From Mobula hypostoma (lineage: Eukaryota), in assembly GCF_963921235.1 (NCBI RefSeq), contig NC_086102.1, forward strand, positions 42,036,001-42,100,000: a stretch of DNA of 64,000 nt, given 5' to 3'. Both the position numbers and the translations under genes were made by a program. Below the pieces are notes generated by a model that was not told where the DNA came from, made no database searches, and was given only the letters and a program-made list of their open reading frames with translations. Position 1 is the stretch's first letter. Each line of letters starts with the position of its first letter. Positions 23,903 through 36,884 of the stretch are shown piece by piece.

Positions 23903-26900
23903 CCAGCCCACTCCAAGCCTGACGTATGGAATTGTTTACTGCCACAATCAGATTCGCCTCCAGAAGGAAGGGCTCCTGCTCCAGCTTGTGGTTCCAGTAG
24001 TTCAGCAGCTCCCAGTGGATGTAGTTCAAGCACTGCTGTCTGTGGGACCCATTCTGATATATTGTGCTTATCCATCTATCCTCAAAGTTGCTGGTTGCTT
24101 GAATTTCCAGCATCTGCAGAATTCCTATTGTTTGTTGTTTGTTGTTTCCATCTATCCTGTTCAGTTTCATTCTATTCCCTTCGGCTTGATATACGTGGAG
24201 ATCCTACCCTAGACTGTCCTACCCTATCCTATCCTATCCTACACTGTTATCCTACAATGAAGTTAAGTGATGCCAACTTTTTTATTTACATGCAAATATG
24301 AGGCCCAGTCCATTCAACCCAAATTATAAATCTGAAGACTTATTATTTATTTTTGATGACAATACCATCTAAACCCAATATGTATTTCTGCGACAACTGG
24401 GCTTGGGTCTTATTCCAGCACTTGATGTAGACTAAGGGCTCAGTTACTCCAAAACCACTTTCAAGGTTCCGTTCCAGTGCTGGGCAGAATGAAGATTTAA
24501 TGGTCCTACAGAGACTGAAAGCTCACAAGACAACATCTCTACTGAAAGTTCAACGAGGCCTCAGAGATTAGTGTCAAGAGCTTAGCCCCAGGACGTGCCT
24601 GCAAAACAGCAAAATGTTCAATGACCTCATAACTTTCAACTCTCTCTTCTAATAACTTCAGTCTGACCAGTTCCAAGTTCCCCTTTTTCATTCCCCCTAC
24701 AAATTCTGTCAATCGTACCAAATAGAAGCACAAGTCAGTCTGGTATCTCAAGTTTTCTTTCCTAATCTCCATACTTTTTGACCCATGTAAGTGTCAACCA
24801 AATCCACCTCTCAGTCTTGAATATACTGTACACTTCTGTTATCACTACCACCAAAATCAAGCTGCTGCACACTTGTCAACATCCACAGAACTTGCAAAAT
24901 CTTCTATAGACAGAGACTTCTTCACAAAGTGCCAAACAGAAATCTCGCTCACACATTCCGTTATGCCGCAAGAAGGCAACTTATTGTGATGGAGGGCCCT
25001 TGAATGGTAATGCAAACTGTTTCTCTTTCCACAGATGCTGCCCAACTTGCTGAGTGTTTCTATCATGTTCTAGTTTTGTTTCAGATTTCCAACACTTGGA
25101 GTCTTATCACTTTCATTTTATCAAATGAGAAGCTGTGATGGAAGGAAGAGGTGGATAAAAAGAGTCTAAACAGATATCTGAGATTATTCCCAGAAGGCTC
25201 GGAGGTGGAAAAGTGCATTGTGTATAAAACAATGTACTGATTTGTAAAAGGACAATCTGGTGTAACAATCTTCACCTTTAAGTGAAATCAGACTTGGAAA
25301 ATGAGCACAGTTGTCCAGTGAGCTTTCAATCTCTGTAGGAATATTAACCTTTCATTCTGCCCAACTGTGGAATAGACCTTGAAATTGGCTTTGGAATAGC
25401 TGAACCCTCAGTCTGCATTAAGCTGGGTTTAGGTGAGATTGCCATCAAAAATAAATGATTTTGCAGTGCAGATCTTGAGAATATTTTCAATAGAAGATAC
25501 ATGAGTAATTATTAAAGAAACAAAAATCTCCAGTAAGTATGTTTAAGCAAAGGTTGGATAGGTTTTTGCATTGTAGGGGAATCTAGGGTTATGAGGAAAA
25601 GGCAGGTAGGTGGAGATGAGTCCATGGCCAGATCAGCCATGATCTTATTGAATGGCAGAGCGGGCTCGATGGGCCAGATGGCCTACTCCTGCTCTTACTT
25701 CTTATGTTTAAGAAAGCTTGGTTTAACTGGAGGAATGTGATTTAAAGAAGTCCTTACCTGGTAGACAGAAGAGATGTAGTTGAAGCATATTAAATATATT
25801 AAGATAGCAGAGATTTGGAAATCTCCTATCATATTTAAGATTAGCTTTGATAAGGAAAATGGATAAAAAGGTATTGATAAAGAGTGAGCAAATGTGATAA
25901 GAACAATTCAGTCATGTAATGGGAGAATGGTGATTACCAGGGCTAAATGGCCTGTCTTTGTGTTGGAGTTTTTATATATTTCTTGATAGATAGGTAGATA
26001 CTTTATTGATCCCAAAGGAAATTACAGTGTCACAGTAGCATTACAAATACGCAGATATACAAATATCAGAAAAGAAGTAAGGAAGAATAAAAATTAAGTT
26101 ACCTCAAACAGTCTAACGGGGGTGGGGGGGAGGGGTGGCATCACTTCCCCGGCTACAGGTTGACTCATCATAGAGCTTAATGGCCGAGGGTAAGAATGAC
26201 CTCATATATTGCTCTTTGGAGCAGCACGTTTGTCTCAGTCTATTACTGAAAGTGCTCCTTTGTTCAGCCAAGGTGGCAAGCAGAGGGTGAGAAACATTGT
26301 CCAGAGTTGCTAGGATAGATGTATCCTTGTGAACCCAACATCAGTGTGCTATTAACAGTCGGAACAGAAACTGTAAAGCACTTGGAAGCATGTGGAATAA
26401 TGCATAACACAAAACACCTGTGCAGCTGCTGTCTCGGGTTATGGGGAATAAGTCTTCTTTACTTGATATATAAGGTTTTATGCACATGAGTGGCATGAGT
26501 CCTTGGCCTTCAGCATGGATACACACGGCAATCATATGTAATTTCAAGTACCTCGCCGAGTACCTATTTATCTGAGCTATCTCTGCCCATGACTAGAGCT
26601 TTGTCTTCAAGAAGAAATCGAATTTCAAGTAGTGGAGCCGAATCTGCTGATCTAACCAGCAGTGGGAAAGAGTGATATTTTTGGATTGACGATTAATCCT
26701 TGTGGCTTTGGAGGTGGCTCCCTAGAGAGAACAATGAATAAGTTGGGACCTCCTTCCCATGGAAGCAAGAAGAAGGTCTCATCTGAAAGCACATGAAGAC
26801 TGGTCGTTTGCCATACTGGACTCCCCAACAGTGGCTTCGGAAAGGACTAACCGAGACACAAGTAGATCATTACTTTCCCATTAAGGACTAGTTTCCCAAC

Positions 26901-27924
26901 GTGTTTGCAGGCATTGATTTTCCATTAGCAATGTCAAAGATGCATACACGATGATTAACGTCATACACAGAGATTTATACCACGCTCTCGGCACACAAAA
27001 CAATGCTGATTATGTTCTGTGATCCATTTTTGCGCTCCATTCAAATGTATAGCGCATGGGGAACATCTGCTACATGATTGAATTTCTAGGCCATTATTTT
27101 CTGGTTGTCTTCTGTTAGACTGCATTAAGTACACCAGTCAGATTACTGTAACGGGAATAATTATTTAGTAAGTACCATCTGGTTCTGAATTAGGACTATT
27201 TTGTGCCATGGATTTCTTTCCATTAGCAACTGGGTTGGAGCTGCCAACCTTATTTCATATTACTCATTTTCAGCCAAGAAACAAGGTTTTCATACCATTA
27301 GTTTGGGTTGGATTCAAGTCCAAAACAAAAAGCAGAAGCATAAATTATTAATACTGTGCCATCCCACCTTATCCACTGAATATGTTGATCTCCATGCAAG
27401 TCATTAATATTACCATAGCCAATTCTAAAATAATTACAAAATTACCTCCTGCAATTAATGAGGATTGTCTTTTGTCATAGCAGCTAAAATTATACCTCCA
27501 CACTATCCTGTGAGGAAAGCTAAGTTAACACATCTGGATTTTATTAAGTAGAATGTTATCATTCAGTTACTTGCTGTTGATAGAGGAAATGCATTGGCCA
27601 TGATAAAATAGAAAATTGCATATGATTTCAGATTTATGGTGACAAGTAAACCGTCTAACCCAAGACTTTCCACTGATTTATTACCACTGTTAAAAATAGC
27701 TCTGGTCCATTGAAATCATTACTGGCCCTTGTTTTGTTTACTGAAATCAAAGCAAGTTTTTCTAGGCAATTCTCCACTTCACTTGTATGCCCACACCTGC
27801 TCTGATATCAATGTGGGACTAGCAGTATTTTGTCTAATGCCAAGTTTCTTGCACTTTAAAAACCACTACAAACTACAGGAGAAATGCATTTTAACTTCAA
27901 ATAATGTTAACAACAAATACAATA

Positions 27925-28505
27925 TACTACTATCCTGGAGAAGTATCTTGTACATCTAATGGAATATCATCCAGCTTTTTCCATGGAATGTTATTTAAAA
28001 CTATCTATTAAATAATACAACCCTATCTACTGAATGCTACAGTACCTTATACTAGCCATGGAATTTGATTTCATACCATGCAGGTGATACATTCAGTATC
28101 ATCCTTAGAATACTATCCCCATGACCATGGAGTTTTATTAACATCATTCTTGGGAATAGTACTGCAACATCTGTGAAGAACTATCCAGTTCCATTTGGCA
28201 CCATCCGTGGAATACAGTCTACAACTACTCATGAAATATTATTGAGTTTTATTTATAAAGTCCAGCACCATCCATAGACTACTATTGAAAACATGCATGA
28301 AATATAATCCAGTACCACCTTTGGAGCACTATCCCATATTAACTGGAGAATATCATTTAGTTCTAGTTATGGAGTAATTCTACATACTATCTTTGAAATA
28401 CTACCCGTTACTGCCCATGATATACCATATAGTACTACCTTTACAGAGTATCATCTAGTTCTATGGAGGAATCCTGTCAGTTCCAATCCCCAGTACTTTC
28501 ACTAT
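27925..28505. repeat. Ancient degenerate minisatellite, ~24-bp unit (ggaatactatccagtactacccat-like)
   Basis: ggaata / tactatcc / agtac / ccatg motifs recur at ~24-bp spacing. Confidence 0.65.
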
Positions 28506-29114
28506 AGCCTTGAAGCATATTCTTTTGTGTTCTCATCCATTCCCTTTCTGAAGACACTGCACCATTCCTAAACCAGGAAACCAGGACTCTCTCTCTTCAT
28601 CAGTTAAACAAGTGTTGTTTGCCATGAGCATCTGTGGACATTTGGCCAACCTCTACATCGATACTGGTGACCTTCAGTTCTACTTTCCCACCATCTATTT
28701 AGGCTTCTCCACAGCTTCATGTTATTTGTCTGACTTGCAGTCACAAATCAGCTCTAAGTTGTCCTTGGTGGTTTATTCTGGAAAGATTAAACTCTTTGAC
28801 CTTGAACTGAGCTTTCCAGCCAATGACATCTTTGCATATGATGCCAAAACGTTAAGCTCCGGATTCTGGACTTGATTATGCCGTACAGCCACAAGTGCTG
28901 CCACCTATTCTTCTCTCTTATCCACTTAATGCCTTGATCTATAATTCCCACCGTTCAATATTTTACAGCTCTTTCCTTAAATTTCCCTTTAATTAAACTT
29001 CAGTCATCAGTCTTATTATGTACTCTTTTGGCTCCATGTCTATTGCCTCAATGTTTGACTATGGAGTGCATTAGACGTTTCAAGGTGAAAAGTGTTTATA
29101 TAATTACAGGTTGC

Positions 29115-30572
29115 AAGGTAGAATAATGCTCTACAGTGCCAGATGTAAGGTCGGGGTTCAATTCGCCTGCTGTCTGTGAGGAACTTGTGTATTCTCCCCA
29201 TGATCATGCGGGTATCCTGCTCTCCCTGCGACCGCACGGGTATCATGCTCTCCCCGCGTCCGTGCGGGTATCCCGTTCTCCCTGCAACCCTGCAGGTATC
29301 CTGCTCTCCCCGCGATTGCGCGGGCATCCTGTTCTCCCCATGACCACGTGGGTATCCCGTTCTCGTCGTGACCATGTGGGTATCCCGCTCTCCCTGCGAC
29401 TGTGTGGGTATCCCTTTCTCCCCACGACCATGTGGGTATCCTGTTCTCCCTGCGACTGTGTGGGTGTCCCGCTCTCCCTGCGACTGTGTGGGTATCCCGC
29501 TCTCCCTGCGACTGTGTGGGTATCCCGCTCTCCCCGTGACCATGTGGGTATCCTGCTCTCCCCGCGACCGTGTGGGTATCCCGTTCTCCCCACGACCATG
29601 TGGGTATCCCTTTCTCCCCGTGACCGTGCTGGTATCCCTTTCTCCCCGCGACTGTGTGGGTATCCCGCTCTCCTGCGACCGTGCGGGTATCCGCTCTCCC
29701 TGCGACAGTGCGGGTATCCTGCTCTCCCCATGATTGCGCGGGCATTCTGTTCTCCCCATGACCATGCGGGTATCCCATTCTCGCCGCAACCATGCTGGCA
29801 TCCCGTTCTCGCCACAACCATGCGGGCATCACGCTCTCCTCCTGACCACGCGGGTATCCCACTCTCCCCGTGACTGCGCAGGCATCCCGCGTCCCTGTGA
29901 CCACATGGGCATCCCGCTCTCCTCGTGACCGTGCAGGCGTCCCACCCTCCCCGTGACCACGTGGGTATCCCGTTCTCCTTGTGACCACACGGGCATCCCG
30001 CTGCCCCACCGACCACGCAGGTATCCCACTCTCCCCGTGATTGCGCAGGCATCCCACCCTCCCCGTGACAACGTGGGTATCCTGTTCTCCTTGTGACCAC
30101 ATGGGCATCTCGCTCCCCCCCTGACCACGCGGGTATCCCGCTCTCCCCGTGACTGCGCAGGCATCCTGCCCACCCCGTGACCACGTGGGTATCCTGTTCT
30201 CCTTGTGACCAAGCGGGAATCCTGTTCTCTCCGCGATCATGGGGGCATCCCGCTCTACCCCCGAACGCGCGGGCATCCCGCTCTCCCCGTGACCACACGG
30301 GTATCCCGTTCTCCCCGTGAGCACGTGGGTATCCCGGTCTCCTCGTGACCGCGTGGGCATGCCACCCTCCCCGTGACCACGTGGGTATCCTTCAGGTGCT
30401 CCAGTTTCCTCTCACTTTCCAAAGGTGAACAGGTTATGGCTGGTAAGTTGTGAGCATGCTATGTTGGCACTGGAAACATGTCATCTCTTGTGTGCTGACA
30501 CCAGCGCATCCCTGGACAGTGTTGGTCATTGATGCAACTTGGATGTACAATATATGTGACAAATAAAGCTAA
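29115..30572 (+). mobile_element. V-SINE expanded by an internal minisatellite
   Basis: The B-box ggggttcaattc (~29153-29164) precedes the array. The rest of the V-domain (caggtgctccagtttcctctcac) and the SINE tail follow it. Confidence 0.85.
29192..30390. repeat. CpG-rich minisatellite, 28-bp unit (tctccccgtgaccaygtgggtatcccgy), ~43 copies
   Basis: Direct observation. The unit equals the start of the V-SINE core. Confidence 0.95.
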
Positions 30573-31050
30573 TTGTTTGTGTCAAGTCAGATCTGCGAGG
30601 TTTGTACTAGGCAGCGCAGTGCCAAAATAGCATGCTCACAACTTACTAACCCTAACATATATCTTTGGAATGTGGGAGGAAACCAAAGCAACTGCAGAAA
30701 GCCAATGCAGTCATGGAAAGAACATACAAATTAGTGAGGTGGTAGTGATAGCAAGGGGAATTCAGCTGGCATTGTAAAGCGATGTGCCAACCATACTGTC
30801 CCCGTTGGCTCTTGAACTCCATCCTCTGATTATTGAAGGCCAGCACACCATACACCTACTTAACAACCCTATCAGCTTGCATGATAACCTTGAAGTATCT
30901 GTGGACAGGCCCCAAGATCCTTCTAGTCCTCTATGCTGCTCAGAATCCTGTCATTAATCATGAATTCTCCCTTCAAGTTTGACCTTCCAAATGTATCACT
31001 TCACACTAGAAGTGAAGTGCAGACGTAAAATTACTATAAATTACAAAATA

Positions 31051-31533
31051 ACTGAGTAGTTCTGGTCAGGTCACACGTCTGGGTGCTACTGGTACCACGT
31101 AACCCAGTAATACCTGTCGCATGGTTGGGTGGTTGGCAACTAAACCGGTTCCCCCACCAGGCTTGCCTGGTGAGGAGGGTGGCTAGACACCCTGCAGGAT
31201 GAAAAACAAGACCTGTCAAGGGGCGGATGAACCCTCTCGTAGGGTCGGTCAACGGCCATCTAGCAAACAAGTGCCATGAAGCGCGGAAAGGGCATCCCTT
31301 GCATCGAAGCTTGGTCTGGCCATTCACTGCAACAGAACTTCCCCCAGCCATCTTGGACCTCACCATGCCGCTGGATCCGGGAGGGGATGTCGAGAGGGTG
31401 GTGTGGCCCTGTGTAATCCCCTACTCACCTAAAATCCACTCACGCACACGCTGTTCCTTTCTGAGGAGTGGGGTACCATCCCACTAACTAACTGAAAGGA
31501 ACCATCCTCATCCTATGGGATGGATAGCCAGAG
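31051..31533 (+). mobile_element. Short non-autonomous retroelement, probably RTE-derived (5' UTR joined to 3' end)
   Basis: GC-rich 483-bp block flanked by an AAATAA duplication inside a LINE 3' UTR. Its 3' end ccatcctcatcctatgggatggatagccagag is a hairpin plus tail. The family assignment is from recollected resemblance only. Confidence 0.5.
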
Positions 31534-32600
31534 AAATAAGTAGTGCAAAATAAAAAGGAATAATGAAATAGTGTTCATGGATTCATGTACCATTCAGAAA
31601 TCTGATGGTGGAGGGGAAGAAGCTTTCCCTAATTCGTTGAGTGTGTGTCCTCAGGCTGCTGTACCTTCTCCCTGACGACTGCAATGGGAAGAGGGCATGT
31701 ACTGAATGGTGAGGGTGCTTGGTGCTGGATGCCACGTTCTTCTGAGGCATTGCCTCTTGGAAGATGTCCTTCCATGAGGAAGGTAATAGTGGAGAGGGTT
31801 CTGCCAGTAATGGAGCTACTGAGTCGACAACCCTCTGCAGCTTCTTCCTGTGCATTGGAAGATCCATATCAGGCTGTGATACAAGCAGTTAGAATACTCT
31901 CCACGGTACATGTAAACAGATTTACAAGAGTCGTTAGTGGCCCACCAAATCTCCTCAAACCCCTTACAAAGTGGAGCTGCTGGAGTGCCTTCTTCGTGAT
32001 TGGGTTAGATTTTTAGGTCCAGGATAAATCCTCCAATATACTGACACCCAGGAACTTGAAGTTGTTTCCACCACTGACCCCTCAATGAGGGCTGATGTGT
32101 CTTCTCCCAACTGGCTTTCCTAGAGTGTACAATCAGTTCCTTAGTCTTGCTGATATTGAGGATGTGATTTCGGTGATACCACTCAACCTGCTAAAAACGA
32201 TATCATCCCCTGGACGTCTTCTTGTTACTGTTAAGATTCTACCAACACCAGTGGTGTCATCTGTAAATTCATCAATGGTGTTTGAGCTGTGCTTCCTACA
32301 AACATTAGCATAGAGAGAATAGAGCAGTATGCTAAGCTTGCATTCTTGTGGTGGGCCTGTGGGGAGAAATTGATATTTCAATCCATCTGACTGTAGTCTC
32401 CTGATAAGGAAGTCAAGGGCACAGTTACAGAAGCCCAGGTTTTGAAGCTTGTTAATTAACACTGAGGGAATAATGGTGTTCAACCTCGACCACTAATCAA
32501 TAAACGGTTACCTGATGTATGCTTTACCGTTGCCTAGGTGCCCCAAAGCAGAGTGGAGTGCCAATGAGACTGCGTCTGCTGCAGGCCCGTTGTGGAGTAG
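31534..32600 (-). mobile_element. Rex/Babar LINE RT fragment
   Basis: Peptides NTIIPSVLINKLQNLG...TGPPQECKLSILLYSLY...FTDDTTGVG and SLRTHTQRIRESFFPSTIRFLN. Confidence 0.85.
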
Positions 32601-32757
32601 GTCATGCGAAATTCACATTATTTTTGTTTTGGAATGTCCCAATGGCTTTCAAGGTACTTATATGGCTTTCTGAGCAATGCCATGGTGAGTTGTGATGGTC
32701 AGTGGTGACAATGACAGGAAGAGTAAAAACACAAGTCGGAATGTTCTCCTAACATAG

Positions 32758-33248
32758 TGGTCATAGGGCACTGCAGCACAGAAATAGGCTCTTCGGCCCA
32801 TCTAGACTGTGCCAAATTGTTATTCTGCTTCCTCCCATCAATCCGCACATGGGCCATATCCTTTCATATCTATTGTACCCATGTATTATCCAAACTTCTC
32901 TTAAATGCTGAAACTGAAACTGCCTCACCACTTCCACTGGGACTTTGTTCCACACGCACAGCGCCCTCTGAATGAAGAAGTTCTCCCTCAGGTTCCCCTT
33001 GAGTATTTCACCTGTCAGCATTAACTTGTGTCCTCTGAGTCGAGTTTTGCCCAACCTCAGCAGAAAGCACCTGCTTGTGTATACCCACCTATACCCCTCA
33101 TAATTTTGTATACCTCTATCAAATCTCCCCTCATTCTCCTACGCTATAGATATAAAGTCGGAATCTACAGTATTTAAACTTTCCTTGTAACTCAGGTCCT
33201 TGAGTCCAAGCAACGTCCTTGTAAATATTCTCTGTACTCTTTCAATCT
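32758..33248 (-). mobile_element. CR1 LINE 3' fragment
   Basis: KTRLRGHKL...LRENFFIQRALCVWNKVP is the CR1 ORF2 C-terminus. Confidence 0.85.
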
Positions 33249-35518
33249 TAAAAAGATATGTGTTAATTTATCAAAGAAAACTTACAGTAAAAATTAGAAA
33301 AGTTGCCATTATTATTATTATCAATTTAGATATCTGTAATATGCCTGTAATATGTGCTTTACAGAGACTAAAATTTGATGGTAGTGGAAAAAATCAGTAC
33401 TGCTGCTGGGAATGGAGACAGGCTTACTTTTGCTGACTACTAACAAAACTGAACCAAAAATAAAAACTGAAAAGTTCAACAAAGTACTCTTTTATTTTTT
33501 AGTGCAATTTAAGCAACACATTGCCCCATCAACCTTGAGAGCTTATCTTTTCAAAGGAGAATTTTCTCTCTGTATAGTTGAGTTTGTAACTGCATTTTGT
33601 TGTTATGTTTAAGTATAATCAATAATACAAAACTTCCCTCAAGATGTCCAACTCTCATGGAGTTTCCTAATGGAGAGTAAATTACAGAAATCCTCTTACT
33701 CCCTGAGTCATCAGAATTGCAAATTGTCAAAACTCAGCACAGCTTTAATAAGCTTTTAATAACATCTTCAGGGAATTTTTATGTGCATGAGAAATTCTAC
33801 TAAGGACAGACTCAGATAGTCTAGTTTTTCTAGACTACCCACATACGGAATGCATCAGTGCATTATTAAATTAATTATTATTAAAATGTTTTAAACTATT
33901 CAGTCATCATCATGAATGCTACAGCTCAATCCAAAGCTACATATGCAGGTATTTAGATGCATACCTGACACCTCATACTTCAGGGAAACCTGGTTTTAAG
34001 CACGCACAAAAGCCAAGCAAATAAAACAGTGGTGGTTGCAATAACTAAATAAAATATACCAAAGTCACTGAAGAATAACAAAACTAAAATGAAATTAAAA
34101 GTATGAAGGTACCTTTATTAAAAATATTTGTAAAACACTTCGAACAATGAAATTTGACACGGCCTCTACTATAGAATATTGGCACCAGCAAGGGCTGCAT
34201 AATATGGCCATGAGGTCACAGGGCCTATCCAGGTCCCTCCTCCCTCTCCTGTGTCTCCTAAATTTAACATTGCTGTAAATCCTGTGGGTACAGGCCCAAA
34301 TCCCAGGAACTCATTGTAGACTATCCCAGTTTCCCAAGTAATTATGGTATGTGTTGTCGGCACGCAATATTATTTCCTGAGTTCATCTGATTGCCCTTCA
34401 CTCCGGTATTGTGGAAAAAGTCAAGCATTTAAAAACAGCTGCATGCCAGGCACTGTATTTTCATGTCAGCTGTTGACTGCCACAAATCAATCTCCCTCTA
34501 AACCGTAAATCTCCCTCTGAACTGTAAATCTCCTCTGATCAGGTTTCAGTTTTTTAGAGCACTCTCCAATCCCTGCTCTGTTATAATTAGCAATTAGTGA
34601 AAAAAAATGAGCGAGCACGGTGAAGTAAGCAAACATCTGATAGTCTTTTTTAGGGAGGATTTTACTGAAGGTTGTTTTTATTTTTGAAAGAGAATTTGTG
34701 TGCCTTTTGTCATAATGGAGGATCTTTGCAGACCTCACCGGTTTAGTATTATTTTTATCAAATTACAGTATTACCATTAATCTTGCTTTTTACCTGTTGT
34801 AAATCATTCCTCTATGTGTTGGTCAACCCTACAATATCCCCAATTTCCTTAATCAGTTCATGAGTTCTAACAATCTGTTTTAACTGGAAATGCTAACATG
34901 TCCTTTCTACGTATTTTTAAATGCCCACAGACATCTTTTGTTTTTCCTGAGTTTTCCATTAATTCAGATTTCACTTTCTTGAATAATTTTAGAATGGAAT
35001 GTTTGTGACTCTGAGAGCAAAGGGTGGGGAGGATGCAAAATGACTTACAAACTTTCTTCACCAAATTAAAACCACGAACATAGAAGTATAGATGATTAAA
35101 GTTAGTCCTCAGAAGCAGGAGAGTCAATTTGAAAAAATATGGAAAGATAATCTGTCCTGGGTTCTATTAATTGAATAAATGGGATGAAACTAAGCTAAGC
35201 AAATCTATAGTTAGATTGCTATGTATTATTGATAATTTTGGACCATTTCAAGGCCATTAACAATGTATGTAAGTGAGAAGATGCCAGTAATGAGAGAGCT
35301 TGATCATGAGCATTATCTATACAAATGTGAAGGATAAGAGGAATTGTTGAAAAGGTTATGTAATGGTACTTATTAAGCTAAGTAGGAAAAATTAATTGGT
35401 CTATGATTAATGAGTAAGATATTTATTGCTTATTTATTATAATAATAATTATTATTATTTCTTCTTCCTTTTAGTATTTGCACAGTTTGTTGTCTTTTGC
35501 ATGCTGGTTGTACACCCT

Positions 35519-36035
35519 CACAACACGCTGGAGGAACTCAGCAGGTCGGGCAGCATCAGTGGAAAAGATCGGTCGACGTTTCGGGCTGGAACCCTTCGTC
35601 AGGACTGAAGAGGGAGGGGACAGAGGCCCTATAAAGAAGGTGGGGGGAGGGTGGGAAGGAGAAGGCTGGTAGGTTCCAGGTGAAAAACCAGTAAGGGGAA
35701 AGATAAAGGGGTGGGGGAAAGGAGGCAGGGAGGTGATAGGCAGGAAAGGTGAAGAAAGAATAGGGGAAAACACAATGGGTAGTAGAAGGAGTCGGAACCA
35801 AGAGGGAGGAGGTAGGGAGCTGGGGGAGGGAGCAGAGTGACATAGGGATAGGGGAAGGGAGGGGGAGGGAATTACTGGAAGTTGGAGAATTCTATGCCCC
35901 TTACCCCTACAGTCCTGACGAAGGGTTCCGGCCCAAAACGTCGACCAATCTTTTCCACTGATGCTGCCCGACCTACTGAGTTCCTCCAGCGTGTTGTGAG
36001 TGTTGCTTTGACCCCAGCATCTGCAGAGTATTTTG
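35519..36035. mobile_element. Fold-back PLE derivative: two inverted 3' tails, each with a hammerhead motif
   Basis: The 14-bp TSD TGGTTGTACACCCT is at 35505-35518 and 36036-36049. HHRs lie at 35571-35606 (-) and 35911-35946 (+). Confidence 0.9.
35571..35606 (-). ncRNA. Minimal type-I hammerhead ribozyme (core intact)
   Basis: AGUC-CUGACGA-AGGGUUCCAGCCC-GAAA-C-GUC|GACC. Confidence 0.7.
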
Positions 36036-36884
36036 TGGTTGTACACCCTGTTGGTGCGGCTTTACATTGATTCTATTACGGTTATTGGATTTATTGAGTC
36101 TGCCCACAGGAAAATGAATCTCAGGGTTGGACCTGGTGACATACATTACTTTGATAATAAATTTACTTAGAACTTTGAGGGAGGCAAAATATACATTTAT
36201 TGGTTAACAATTTAGTTACCACAGTGGATACATTTAAGAACAGAAGGGAGAATTTAAGAGTCTTTTTAAATTTCCATGCAGCATTTGGTGAGTATTTGAA
36301 GACTGTGCAATGTGTTTTGCCTGAGGCCTGTGCTTTGGTTCAGTGTTGTTAGAAGTGACTGTGTGCTCCGGAGAATAGTTGGGTTTCAATGAGTTGCTGC
36401 CATTATGATCATGCAAGACTGGTGGACCTTCTTTGTCTTCATCATTTTAAGTCTCTTCCTGCTGCTCATGCAGCCCTGTCTAAGTTTTCTCCTCTTCTGG
36501 CCAACAGGTTGCCTCCTTTGGGCAGGAAGAAGCAGGCAACAAAGATCCTGAAGTTATATCTTCAGCCACTTTCACATTTATCCAGATAGAAGAAACAGAT
36601 TTTACGACATACAATGACATTAAACCTGATCCTGATTTTGGTTCAAGCAGAATGCACAGTGGCATAGTGGAATCAGAAGCAAGAGAGTTTAGAACTCCCT
36701 TGATGCTTGCAAAGGTGTATTAAGTGGTTACTGCACAGTGTGCCAGCAACAATTCTGGGCGTGGGGCTGTCGCTTGAAAATTCAATAACACTTGTGGCCC
36801 AAGGCAATGGGTCAGCAGTGAATCAACTATACAGAAGAGAAGGCCTTCCCTTTGTATACCGTATCAATGCATGTAAAAGGAATG

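Noticed and set aside
29040-30360. Long overlapping ORFs (245-400 aa) on both strands
   Set aside because: They result from a GC-rich 28-bp repeat poor in stop codons. The unit is not a multiple of 3, and the array derives from a SINE.
29192-30390. CRISPR-like array
   Set aside because: The units are directly adjacent with no unique spacers, the context is eukaryotic, and there are no cas genes.
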